From Anthoceros angustus (taxonomy: Eukaryota > Plantae > Anthocerotophyta), in the NCBI GenBank assembly GCA_010909165.1, contig VJWM01000116.1, positions 248,001 to 312,000 of the forward strand: DNA of 64,000 bases. The letters run 5' to 3'. The first letter of the stretch is position 1, and the number at the start of each line of letters is the position of its first letter. A program made the translations under genes and the position numbers. The notes below the pieces were generated by a model. It saw nothing but the letters and a program-made list of their open reading frames with translations. It made no database searches and was not told the origin of the DNA. Of this stretch, positions 23,105 through 36,224 are shown piece after piece.

Positions 23105-26100
23105 ATGAAGTCATCGGTTGGAGGCGGAGGCCCAGCTGCCACATGGGCCCTCCGTTAGACAGTCCAATCACCATATGTACCTTTCTGTGACAGTCCTGCA
23201 GGATGTCTCACCTGCTGTGGTCATTCCAAACTAACGCTTTGTACATTTCTGAATAAAATTCCGGTCATGCTTGCAAGCATTGCAATGCCAAGTTTCGGTC
23301 TTGAAAGTGTGTTGGTTCGTGGGAGCACGATCGTTTTCAAGAATGTTCAGCCGGATCGGACCTGTTTACCCATCACTGAACTGATCTTGTGGGCAGAGCG
23401 GTATTTTGAATTCAGCATATTGGCGGCACAAACCTTTGGCATAGACGTAGGAATGAAGGGAGAGGGGAGGGGGACCGTAAGAGAAGCAGGTTTTGGCGTA
23501 GGCACGCACGCAGGCTAGGCACGCAGCACCGGTTGCAAGCTTCAGAAATTGGCCCAACAATTGGTTGGACAGGCATGCAAAGAAAGAAGTGCTGCTTTCA
23601 GACCTCGAGCTCCTACAGAGAATATATGTACAAGCGATTCCAATTGGAGACGACGATACCATGTGTAAATCCCATGGGGCCAGCAAAACATGTCTTAGCA
23701 TGGACCGTGTGGAGGGAGCTGGCTGGAAATCTCAGGAGTGCGGTTCAAAGACCATATATCTGTTATCAATGTGAAGCGTCAGCTGGAGTAGCTAAGTCGG
23801 TACAAGACCGAATGACTCTTTGACCAGAAGCTCGGAGGTTAAAATTCTCGTTCCAGCTATATATATAGTGAGATTCTTCATCAGTCTAAATATCATATCA
23901 TGTTCTCGTTTATCTTATGAGAAGACCCTAATTAGGTATTCAAAACGAACCATACCATGGAAAAATGGACCAAAATGGCAAGAGTAATGTTACATCTTAT
24001 GAGAAGACCTTAGGTATTCAAAACGAACCCTACCACGGAAGGAAGACATGGACAAAAAGGGCAACATTAATGTTGCAACATAATTTGAGTCAAAAGTTAC
24101 GAGGCGGTCAAAGAGAGTAGTGGTAGTGAGGAAAACAAATATATATATTTATTGGTTTTGATAAAACCAATATACATTATGTTGTCGTTTGTAAGATATC
24201 GAACTCTATCTGAGATGTGATGACTAAGTATTAGAAAAATAACAATTGGAGGATATTACCATGACAGTGTTGTAGCGTGGCGCGGTGGACTGCTAATACC
24301 ACTAGCATGTTTTTGGTTACTAGTAGTGGATTTTCAATCCAACGATTTAGAGGACTCCTTTTACAACGATGACCTCCCATTTGTTGAATCGCATAATGTA
24401 TTCTTTTGCTTTACAACTCTCTGTTCACTTGATTTGTTGCTACATTGTCGATTGTGTGAAAATTGAAGACCAACCGACATTACGACATCCCGATATGGTA
24501 GCGGTAACAACGCGTCCTTCTCTAGAAAATCCTAGTACCCATGCAACCATTGCATGACGCATAAAATGCAAGACGAGCCCCAAAATTCACTAGCTTAGCA
24601 TCCACTCGGGCAAAACATGAAGTAGCAATTTTTATTCAAAGATACATGAAATATAATAAAATGAATATATCACTGCTAAAATAAATAAATATGATCTTGG
24701 ATTTATATTCCTTTGCAAGTGTGGTCATCGATTTCAAAAATTGGAGAATTTCTCTCCACCAATCCAAGAACATGATTGTGTTACTTGTGCTCCTTTTCCG
24801 CTTATCAAATGATCTTACAAGAAGGTAACCTCGGCGTGATCTTGAAAGCGTGCTTGAAGAATTCTTAGGTTGCAACCGATGCATGTTAAGGTTTCCACTC
24901 TAAAATGCACCATAATAGTTGAGGCGATAGAAGCCCCACAAGCATTTTCTCACGATGCTCCATATCAAGTATTTTCATAACCTCCTTATCGACATCTTAT
25001 GATTGACAAAGGATATTTCTGATTTTTGAATAAGCATGGTGAACAAGCTACGGAACATATGAGCAACAGGAGCGGAAATTTCATCCATCTCCGCAACAGA
25101 AACACAAAATTTATCCGTCTGTGCAACGGATACTAACGGCTGAAACAATTGCAATGAATCCTCTTCGAAAACCGGGCTTGATTTCCTCATCAACTTCTTC
25201 AAAAACCTTTCCACATACACCATTCTCACCAAAACAAAATGTTGTAACTTCACACTTGAAAAGTCACTAGCTACTCAGCGGAAATACACCCAGGGTCGTC
25301 AAAAAGCTTGAGTTTATTTGATAACTAATTAGTGTGGCTGGTGGCACATTTATAGTCGTCCGTAGTGCGAGAGATTCAAAGACCAAGCACTCAAAATCAA
25401 AGAAGACTACTTTTCAAAGGCCAAGGATGAATTTTGATTTGTATTTTGGTTTTAATCTTCAGCACATGTGGTAGGCTCAATCAAAGACATTGTAGTGAAG
25501 GCCAAGGATTGATTAATAACATATAACTCATTAGATTTAAAGGTTGCTATGAAAATAACATTGTTCTCGAATAGCATAGCACTAGAAGGAATTACTACAT
25601 TTAAAATGGGCCTTAATTTTCATGTAGATTGTGATTTTTGCTCGTCCTTTTATCATAAGCCTTGTGCGGTAACATTCTCGGACATCGTCTTGTGCAATCA
25701 CATTTGATTTATCTATCCAATTTTGTATTTCTTTCACGTAATGTTGTTGTTGATCCAAATTGTTGTCACATGAAGGACTTGGCTTAAGTAAACTTCTTAG
25801 TGCAAGAAATTGTTTCTTCGTATTTGAGGTCTATATCCAAGCACTTTTCATTTTCCCAAATTCTCCTCTTCGTTTTGTAGTCAAATGAGGCCGATTGCAT
25901 TAAAGATAGATTAATGGTGTAACATTCTCTTATTTAAAAATAATTGATGGGACAGTTTGATGGGACAGTTTCATTATTTCAGCAAGCATTGTCTCATTAT
26001 TTCCTATGTTGTCCTCGTTGTTTCATGAATTGAAGCTATGTTATACAAGTAGGTGGGCTCATATATACTAGCTATTCTTGTTCATTGCATTACAATATAA

Positions 26101-27049
26101 GTCGAGCAGGCTCATGCTCTAGATTCAATTGTGCTTAAGTTATAACCTTTGTGTTTCATGTTATTTTGCACAAACTACGTAGTATCAATCATATGCCGAA
26201 CATGGACTCTATGAACACGGTAACATTTCGTATCGGTCGGTAGCATTCCCAACATGAAGCGGCTTCTTGTCAAGATGGAACCATTTCCATCATGGAAGTA
26301 TCGATCGTGGAGGTCATCATCACAAACAAAGTGATTGGACACGGAGATACCCTAACGGAAGATATAAGTATCATGTGAGTATATTGAGGAAATAATAAAC
26401 GCAATTTTATTTCAAATTTCAAGTATGCATTCATATATGTGCTTAAGTTTATCATCTACTTATTTTGTATGTAGGATGTCATGATGATTTTCTTAACAAC
26501 AATTAACAAGTATATGAGATAATACTACATTCTAGAAAGTTGTAAATGTATATTGCGATGCCCAAAACGTTTATGAAAATTTTATTATTTTTGTTATCGT
26601 AAAGTGCTTACTCGAAATTTTTAGTTTTTCTTGACCTTGACACCTCCTTTATGATGCTATGGTAAAACTTATAAATGTCGTGACCCCATTGCACAAGGAA
26701 GTTTGTGATACCTTTTGTTTCCTTGGTCTTTATCACCTCTTGAGTTAGTAAGTGCGGGATATAAATGCATGACTATCTACCGTCTCAATTCGCACATGTC
26801 GCGTGAGGCTTAGGTGTACATGCTCATATTAAGTCACGGCTCATGTCTCGGGGTGAAGCATTAAGCTTCAGCGTCGGATAAAACCTCAAAGTAGGCTTAT
26901 CACTTAAACAAGTATTTAATAAGCTTGCAAAATAGGCTTATCGGCTAACTACCAAAGTGGCAAAGCAAAAGAAGAACTAGGCAAAATCCTAACCCCACAA
27001 ACAGCCCCGCAAAATCGGTGAACAAACAAGATTGGAGAACCGGTTGGCA

Positions 27050-28430
27050 CCTAGAGCTACCAAAACCAGCCAAGATCATAAAGCTCCTTGCGCTTATGTA
27101 CCACATCCCACTCAAGCGGGCTCAATCAGCGCCTCGAAGATAGGCTCACGGTGTTGGTCACGATCTTGAACTTGATGCGATCGTACACCTTGACTCATTC
27201 CAATCGAATGCAAAAGCCCCTCGGTTTCGATCCAAAGATCTCCACGATCTTGACATGATCCTCCTCGCTATCGCGGATATCTTCCAAACATGGGCCTCTT
27301 TCCAATTGGTCACTCTTGCTTTTCACCTCTGGCTACCTCACCATTGTAGGTCTACAACCTCTTTCCATCTGGGCGATGAATCATCTTCATCTGTTTGACA
27401 ACACCAACAAGCGTTTGCGTCTTTTGCAAGCGAAGTCGCATTGCCACCATGCTCACAAGCCACCTTATGCAACATGTCAAATGCCTCCGCCCTAACAACT
27501 TCTTCTTGCAAGCATCGTTGATTCCCATGGTGCATGTGTTACCAGCAAACCCCATGGCATACTCACGGTGTTGGCCATGCCCTATTTGGCTCACCGACCC
27601 TATTCACAAGAAAGAAAGGAGCTTGTTTATTTTCTTCACAAAGCGCTGTCTTCCTTCCCGCAATATGTCAACATACTTGTCTTGAGGTCTTAAGGCCCTA
27701 TGCCGCTTCAACACTTCGAGCTTGCTCCGTTTGTTGACTGCGGATTCGTGAGCATAAGAACCACGTCTTGCATCAATGATCAATTCCTACCCCAACCAAC
27801 CGGATCTTCTCGTAGTCATCCCTCACAGACGCCGTCAAACCACACACACATTCTCAAGTATGTACCAGCACTTTGGGTTGACGATTTGGATCTCCTTCAC
27901 AATCCGTGCCACTTCAAGCGCCAAGGGGAGGCCATCTTCAGCTGCATTTGCTGCGGTGAAAATGACTTGCACTCCCATCCGGCTATGACCATGTCCACGG
28001 ATGCTTGAGAGCTTCAATCGCTTCCCTACCGACGATGTCAACTTGGCAACCCTCGTCGAATCTCATTCACCTCCACGCAACTCTATCGCGAGACCCGGAT
28101 TCCACATCGCATCAATGATCAATTCCTACCCCAACCCGGATCTTCTCGTAGTCATCCCTCACAGAGCCATCGTCAAACCACGCACACATTCTCAAGTATG
28201 TACCAGCACTTTGGGTTGACGATTTGGATCTCCTTCACAATCCGTGCCACTTCAAGCGCAGAGCCATCTTCAGCTGCATTTACTGCGGTGAAAATGACTT
28301 GCACTCCCATCCGGCTATGACCATGTCCACCGGATGCTTGAGAGCTTCAATCGCTTCCCTACCGACGATGTCAACTTGGCAGCCCTCGTCGAATCTCATT
28401 CACCTCCACGCAACTCTATCGCGAGACCCG
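27050..28430 (-). mobile_element. Second copy of the DNMT/gypsy-like relic, with an internal ~335 bp duplication
   Basis: Same motifs (DMVIAGWECKSFS, ALEVARIVKEIQIVNPKCWYILENV, REYAMGFAGNT, KKKLLG, GAFAFDWNE). 27770-28100 is repeated at 28105-28430. Confidence 0.62.
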
Positions 28431-29189
28431 GATTCCACACGCAAAATTGCTGCACCATTGGAAATTCGAGCAGGCGAGCAAAGTGGATGCCCTTCGATCG
28501 CTACGACCTCTGACTTTATTGTATGCGAGCCTCTTGTTAGTCCATGCCATGACACACACATGGTTAAGGATCCGTGCACACATTCACGAGCTTCCCTAAC
28601 AAGGTTGTCAATCGAATGGATGTAAAACCGTTTCCAAGAACATCCGGAAGTAAAAGAAGAAGATTGCAATGTCTTTATGAAATGTGGCATTTGTGCGAAA
28701 GGAGAAATGTACGTATAACCATGCCCAAGGAAAAGTTTCTTCATATCATAAATATATAAAGAATGCGTGCACATTTGAGAGTTGTCACCAACTTCTTCCA
28801 AATGTGTTTTATTCTTGGTAAATTTTCATCACGTGATATTTTGAGGGTCGCAATGTCGCCGCCAGCTGGTTTTGTGTGGCCGCTAGTTGTGTGAGTTCAT
28901 CACGGCGCATATTGCATACTAGGAGGACGTCTACTACATACGTATAATTTTGTGCTATTTAATGTTACCTAGATATAGTGATCTCTACCATACAAAAGAG
29001 AAAGTCTCAACGTAATTCAAGAAAAAATATTTGTATGAATGATCTGTTTTAATATAATAAAAATAATTATTCTAAGCTGGGTGCTCGATAGTGGCTGTAT
29101 AAGGCCATTATTATATATGTAGCTATGCGATTGGGAAGAGGTGTAGTCTGACACGGGGTTGGGTGCTATTGTCCTGGCTGTTGCGTTGG

Positions 29190-29595
29190 GGCCGCTCAGG
29201 TCACCGCAACCGACTTCAAATTCTCCGGACTGAACGCTCCCGGCAACACCGCCACCAAGTTCAAGGCAGCAGTCACGCCCGCGTCCGTGGCCCAGTTCCC
29301 CGGCCTCAACACGCTGGGCATCTCCGCCGCCCGCATCGACTTCGCGGTGGGCGGGCTCAACCCTCCTCACTCGCACCCCAGGGCCACCGAGCTGCTGTTC
29401 GTGGTGGAGGGCACTCTGGAGGTTGGATTCGTGTCTTCTAACGGCAACACGCTCTTCCAGCAGACGCTCAACAAGGCGATCTTTTGTGTTTCCCAGAGGC
29501 CTGCTTCATTTCCAGAAGAACGTTGGGTACGCTCCAGCGTGGGCCGTCGCAGCCCTGAGCAGTCAAAATCCTGGAGTGCAACAGGCAGCTGCTGT
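29190..29595 (+). pseudogene. Internal GLP fragment at the start of a scrambled patch
   Basis: Matches GLP codons from AAQVTATDF to QQAAA; lacks both termini. Confidence 0.7.
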
Positions 29596-30134
29596 CTTCC
29601 TTCACAATCCGTGCTCAGATGTGGGTAGCAGTGTGTAGGTTGGACGGGACGGTATCCGTGCTCAGATGTGGGTAGCAGTGTGTAGGTTGGACGGGACGGT
29701 ATCCGTGCTCAGATGTGGGTAGCAGTGTGTAACCAGCGGGTTGGAGCCTGAGGCAGCCTGTTCCCAGTGTGGCAAATGATGATAAGACATGGAGCCTGCG
29801 TTAGTTGCGGTGGTGTCGAGTCTTTGCTCTTGCAAAGGGAACCTACTCGGTTTACCATTGCATTTCTGTGGCGCAAACTCCTCTGCTGAGGCCACAGGCT
29901 GTAGTATCCAACCTGTGTAATCTCTGTTTTGGTGAAGTGTAGGGGCGATAGGTGATTGATGTTACGGTTTTTAACCTGAATTTACACCTAAAGCCCTTCC
30001 AAAGGCTTGTTTTCAAAGACATTCGCAGTGGCCGACCGAGAGTTCTCGCCCGCCAGGCTTGAGAACTGATGCGGCTTGAAACGTCCTTGGATATCTGAGG
30101 AGATGGATGTAAAACCGTTTCAAGAATGTTCAGC

Positions 30135-30770
30135 CGGATCTTCTCGTAGTCATCCCTCACAGTCGTCAAACCACGCACACACACATTCTCAAGTATGTAC
30201 CAGCACTTTGGGTTGACGATTTGGATCTCCTTCACAATCCGTGCCACTTCAAGCGCCAAGGGGAGGCCATCTTCAGCTGCATTTGCTGCGGTGAAAATGA
30301 CTTGCACTCCCATCCGGCTATGACCATGTCCACGGATGCTTGAGAGCTTCAATCGCTTCCCTACCGACGATGTCAACTTGGCAACAGCCCTCGTCGAATC
30401 TCATTCACCTCCACGCAACTCTATCGCGAGACCCGGATTCCACATCGCATCAATGATCAATTCCTACCCCAACCACGGATCTTCTCGTAGTCATCCCTCA
30501 CAGAGCCATCGTCAAACCACGCACACATTCTCAAGTATGTACCAGCACTTTGGGTTGACGATTTGGATCTCCTTCACAATCCGTGCCACTTCAAGCTAAG
30601 GCCATCTTCAGCTGCATTTACTGCGGTGAAAATGACTTGCACTCCCATCCGGCTATGACCATGTCCACCGGATGCTTGAGAGCTTCAATCGCTTCCCTAC
30701 CGACGATGTCAACTTGGCAGCCCTCGTCGAATCTCATTCACCTCCACGCAACTCTATCGCGAGACCCGGA
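30135..30770 (-). mobile_element. Partial third copy of the DNMT relic (duplicated motif IV-VI block)
   Basis: Near-identical to 27800-28430; ORF 29852..30376 includes ALEVARIVKEIQIVNPKCWYILENV. Confidence 0.55.
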
Positions 30771-33700
30771 TTCCACACGCAAAATTGCTGCACCATTGGA
30801 AATTCGAGCAGGCGAGCAAAGTGGATGCCCTTCGATCGCTACGACCTCTGACTTTATTGTATGCGAGCCTCTTGTTAGTCCATGCCATGACACACACATG
30901 GTTAAGGATCCGTGCACACATTCACGAGCTTCCCTAACAAGGTTGTCAATCAATGGATGTAAAACCGTTTCCAAGAACATCCGGAAGTAAAAGAAGAAGA
31001 TTGCAATGTCTTTATGAAATGTGGCATTTGTGCGAAAGGAGAAATGTACGTATAACCATGCCCAAGGAAAAGTTTCTTCATATCATAAATATATAAAGAA
31101 TGCGTGCACATTTGAGAGTTGTCACCAACTTCTTCCAAATGTGTTTTATTCTTGGTAAATTTTCATCACGTGATATTTTGAGGGTCGCAATGTCGCCAGC
31201 TGGTTTTGTGTGGCCGCTAGTTGTGTGAGTTCATCACGGCGCATATTGCATACTAGGAGGACGTCTACTACATACGTATAATTTTGTGCTATTTAATGTT
31301 ACCTAGATATAGTGATCTCTACCATACAAAAGAGAAAGTCTCAACGTAATTCAAGAAAAAATATTTGTATGAATGATCTGTTTTAATATAATAAAAATAA
31401 TTATTCTAAGCTGGGTGCTCGATAGTGGCTGTATAAGGCCATTATTATATATGTAGCTATGCGATTGGGAAGAGGTGTAGTCTGACACGGGGTTGGGTGC
31501 TATTGTCCTGGCTGTTGCGTTGGGGTTTGACTGCGTGCGTATGTGAAATCATAAGTAGTGTAGGGGCGATAGGTGATTGATGTTACGGTTTTTAACCTGA
31601 ATTTACACCTAAAGCCCTTCCAAAGGCTTGTTTTCAAAGACATTCGCAGCGGCCAGGCCAGAGGCGCAGCAGCCAAGCCAAAGGCGCAGTGGCGAACCGA
31701 GAGCCCTCGCATCGCTTGGCTTGAGCGCTGATGCGGCTTGAAACGTCCTTGGATGAGAGAAAAACTGCACCGCTGTTGTTGTGAAGTGCTGTATTGTGTG
31801 TTTCATGTAGACGCGCATAGTAGGATTGTGATGTGGCGTTCTCCAGTGATGTTAAACGGAAGGCTTGTTTCTCAAAACATTCGCAGTGGCCGACCGAGAG
31901 TTCTCGCCCGCCAGGCTTGAGAACTGATGCGGTCAATACACTTCCTTGGATATCTGAGGAGATGGATGTGGTTAATGAGCTGTGTGTAGGTTGGACGGGA
32001 CGGTATCCGTGCTCAGATGTGGGTAGCAGTGTGTAGGCTGGTCGATTCCTGCCTTAATTCCTAGCCCGATGTCTCGGCCATCTGGCCACCACCCTGGCGT
32101 TGGAGCCAATACTCATCTGTGTGTCCGTACATCTGGCCTTGGTTCTAGGTGCAGGAGCAGGAGCAGATTGTATGTGCAGAAGCAACCGATGAAGGAGAAC
32201 GCCTGACTTCTGCCTTGCTATCACTGGGCAGACTTGTGAAACAAGCTACGTTGCTGTGCAAGGCACAGCCGTACTCTGAGATATGGATGTGGATGCCTTG
32301 TATCGGTAGCAGTGTGTAACCAGCGGGTTGGAGCCTGAGGCAGCCTGTTCCCAGTGTTCCGTGCTAGTGTGGTGCTGTCTGTGCAGGTATACTTTTTTTT
32401 TGGGTTACTGCTTGTCTGCTAGCATGTCCGTGGTTCACCATCGGTCGGTCAGTGGTGTTCAAGGGGAGCACTTGAGTGGTTCCCAGTGTGGCAAATGATG
32501 ATAAGACATGGAGCCTGCGTTAGTTGCGGTGGTGTCGAGTCTTTGCTCTTGCAAAGGGAACCTACTCGGTTTACCATTGCATTTCTGTGGCGCAAACTCC
32601 TCTGCTGAGGCCACAGGCTGTAGTATCCAACCTGTGTAATCTCTGTTTTGGTGAAGTGTAGGGAGGAGCGTGTAGGGTGCTGGTTTGTGTATGTAGGAGT
32701 GTGTAGGGTGTTCAGATATGCATGGATGCAGTGGCTGATTTGTGTTGGTAGCATACACTGTAGCAGTGTTTGCGTACTAGTTGAGACTTGGGGTAGACAA
32801 CGTGCTGTGCTGAATGGTATAAAAGAGCATGATCGGGGCACCCTGCGCCCCATCAACATGAATACACGAAGCTGGAGCTGGAGCTGGAGCTGGAGCTGGA
32901 GCTGGAGCTGGAGCTGGTAGATGCATTACGAGAACAAGGAATTAAGCATAGAGCACCCTGTCTTGAGTCTCGTCCCCGTGTCACCCAGAAAGCTGCCAGG
33001 CTGCACCGGACCAGCAAACTTGTACTCCTACTTGGGAGTATCTAGAAAGTTGGTTGTGACCTGCTCACCTTCTTTCCCTGAAGTGGTAAGCCTGCAAATT
33101 CATCACGTTGCAACGCACGATATCGGTTACAATCCGTCCTACATGCCCACAACACCCCGAAATAGCACAATCTCCTCCAGATATCTGCCCACAAGAAGCC
33201 CGAATAATGTGCACCGTTTCTGAGCCAGCTGGTACATGTCTTGAGAGCTTGGGTGCGTGTGCACCTTCAAGTTACTTGTATGGATAGAGTAGCGCTGGTT
33301 CTGACTCGCAGCCGACTCCTGGGAGCCTTTCACTGTTATGGTGCTTGGGCGGAGCCGGTTGGATTGGAGCTGGGTACATCGGGTTTGTTTCTCCAGCAGT
33401 CGCCCAATTCAGCCGGGCTGCTAGATGTTGTAAATTTCTCTCATCCATGAAAATATCTTCCCACCGGTACCTGCGCTCTGCTTCACGTGAGAAGGGTCCT
33501 GTTGAGCAATGGTGATGATGTGCATCCAAGATGCTGCTCCTTGTTCGTGTTCTGGAATTGAGAGAGGACGGGAGAGATGCGACAAGTGGCTTCCCTATAC
33601 TCGCCGTACTGCCTGATTCTCGAAACCCTGCAGGCGAATGGTGGAAGGCTGACAGTGATGAGGAGGTGTAAATCGATGCGATCAAAAGGCGGGCAGGATA

Positions 33701-34635
33701 TAGAATCTCGAATGCGCTCACGCGTAACGGCCAGACTGTGTACAACTCTCCAGCCAAAGGTAACCACTCAACTTCGAATTCCCACATGATGGCTGCCAGG
33801 GACAAAGCCTGGAGACGGATGTGGTACCAGGCGGACAGTTCAGGCTGAGCACCAGCATCAACGACACCACTTTTGTAGCCCCACCCAGATCCCTTCTGAG
33901 GTGACTTGTTTCCTCTACTCCGAACTTGTTTCCGGCATGCCTCAAGGTGTGTCTGGGCTTCGATTTCCGTAAGAGTGCAGAGCCATCTTCATATGGGCTA
34001 CTAGGCTAGCTAGCCCTTCACTTCCACTTGTGTGGGCAGAGCCACAAGTTGTGGTGTGTTACCATGCTAGCTGGACATGCAGGGTTTAGGGTGCCGAGCT
34101 GTGGAACAGAAGCTTCCAAGAAACAAAGGTGACAGAACGAAACTTCTTCCTGGCCATGACCGGGGACTCCGTACTGCATGTAACGAGATGCCCAGTTGCC
34201 TGGAAGCCGCTTCGTCTGAAGACTACTAGGCAACCTGGAGTGTCATCCATCCTGACCGGCTTCACACGGTTGTCTTTAAAACTCCCAACAACGCGGTTTC
34301 TCCTGCCGGCCGCAGGACCACATCCTGTAGCAGGCCTGCGCTTGTCCATTGTGCATACCAACCAATAAATGGCGCCGATCTTGCATCCTTTGTGGTCACA
34401 TCAAAGTTTGTATTGTACAGGCTTCCTTAGTCCCTCCCATCGGACGAGCGCTGCTTCCACCAGTACGATCATCCTAATCGGGATACTACACGACTGAATT
34501 CGAAGGGCGTGAATCCTCATTCCTTCCCTGAGAGCAAAGTTTTGGGAATCTGTGGCAAGCGAGCTATCCTCCAGGTGGTAGAAGCCTCGAACCGGCAAGC
34601 TGCTCCTGTGCTGTAGCCAGCGTCGGCGGGCAACC

Positions 34636-35312
34636 ATGGCTGGCAATGCCGCAGCGTCGGATGTGAAGCTCATGGCCACGGCATTCCTGGCCGCGCTGCT
34701 CATCACTTGGACGCCCCACTTGAGTCTGGCAGCCGACGAGGACCCTCTGCAGGACTTCTGCGTCGCCCGAGCAGCAGGAACTCCCACCATCAACGGCCTC
34801 GTGTGCAAACCAGCCGCTCAGGTCACCGCAACCGACTTCAAATTCTCCGGACTGAACGCTCCCGGCAACACCGCCACCAAGTTCAAGGCAGCAGTCACGC
34901 CCGCGTCCGTGGCCCAGTTCCCCGGCCTCAACACGCTGGGCATCTCCGCCGCCCGCATCGACTTCGCGGTGGGCGGGCTCAACCCTCCTCACTCGCACCC
35001 CAGGGCCACCGAGCTGCTGTTCGTGGTGGAGGGCACTCTGGAGGTTGGATTCGTGTCTTCTAACGGCAACACGCTCTTCCAGCAGACGCTCAACAAGGGC
35101 GATCTTTTGTGTTTCCCCGAGGCCTGCTTCATTTCCAGAAGAACGTTGGGTACGCTCCAGCGTGGGCCGTCGCAGCCCTGAGCAGTCAAAATCCTGGAGT
35201 GCAACAGGCAGCTGCTGCTCTCTTCGGCTCCCCGCTGCCATCGGATGTGCTGCAGCAGACGTTTGGAATCGATGACAAGACAGTCCAGTGGCTGGAGGCC
35301 AAGCAGAAGTAG
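34636..35312 (+). CDS. Germin-like protein, copy 3 (one homopolymer deletion)
   Basis: ORFs 34636..35181 and 35109..35312 join into a full GLP when one T is restored in gatcttttt. Confidence 0.87.
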
Positions 35313-36224
35313 ATGAAGTCATCGGTTGGAGGCGGAGGCCCAGCTGCCACACATGGGCCCTCCGTTAGACATCCAACCACCATAGCTGGCAGTCTTAGTC
35401 CAGCCTCCTTGTTGCATACTTGCATAGGGAGCAGGGGCTTCTGTGCGTCCCGAGCCCCTGGGTATATCCAATCAATCAATGAATCAAGGGGGGCAGTCCT
35501 TACCACCCACCCTCATCATCATCAAACACCTTGCGAGCCTCCACACACTTGGCGTATATGTTCACCAGGCGATTCCTGACAAAACTGCTTCCCTTTTCGC
35601 ACTAGCCTAAATATTAGACCCACCTCCATGCCCATCACCAGACGTACTGTGCAGAGGCACACGCCTTGTGGACTGCACGAAAACATGGATCCGAAATGCA
35701 CTCTGATCTGATCAGGCTGCATTGCGGATTGCGGTTGGCTACCGACCCCTCCGCGCGCACAGGATGCAAGGCCTGGTTGCTGAATCCGATGGGCGGCCAA
35801 GGCCGGTTCCCATTTAAAGCCTCCTTTTCGGGGTCATTGCTGTCTTGCTGTCTTGGGTTCGGGCCACCCCGGTCCGAGCTTCCCGTTCGCGACCAGATTT
35901 TTCTAATCGTTGCTGCCGCTCCTGATGTGTTTGCTTCCATGTCCCGGACGGCGGACGTACAATGTTGGGTAGAGGCGCGCAATGCTGGGAGTGCCACAGT
36001 GAAGGTCCAGGTGGTTAGCTATGCCGACTCGAACAATGCTTAGCAATCTCTTTCTTTCTGTTATGATGAGAGGTGCCAGTATCAGTGTTAGCCATCCATG
36101 TCCATGTCTCAGTTTCGACAGGAATGGACATGTCTATGTCACAGTTTTGACAAGAACGGACTTGTCCACGTCTCAGCACGCGCATCCCTTCCAATGAGCA
36201 CTGGCAACACTTTCTTCATTTTTC

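Larger units (their letters stand above)
6947..35370. repeat. Segmental tandem array: ~9.5 kb unit (GC-rich blocks + GLP gene + AT-rich TE-like block), about 3 copies plus partials
   Basis: GLP ATGs at 12866, 22430 and 34636 (spacing 9564 and 12206 bp). Flanks are near-identical over kilobases, e.g. 12190-19290 vs 21755-29190, and 19240-23160 vs 31455-35370. Confidence 0.93.
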
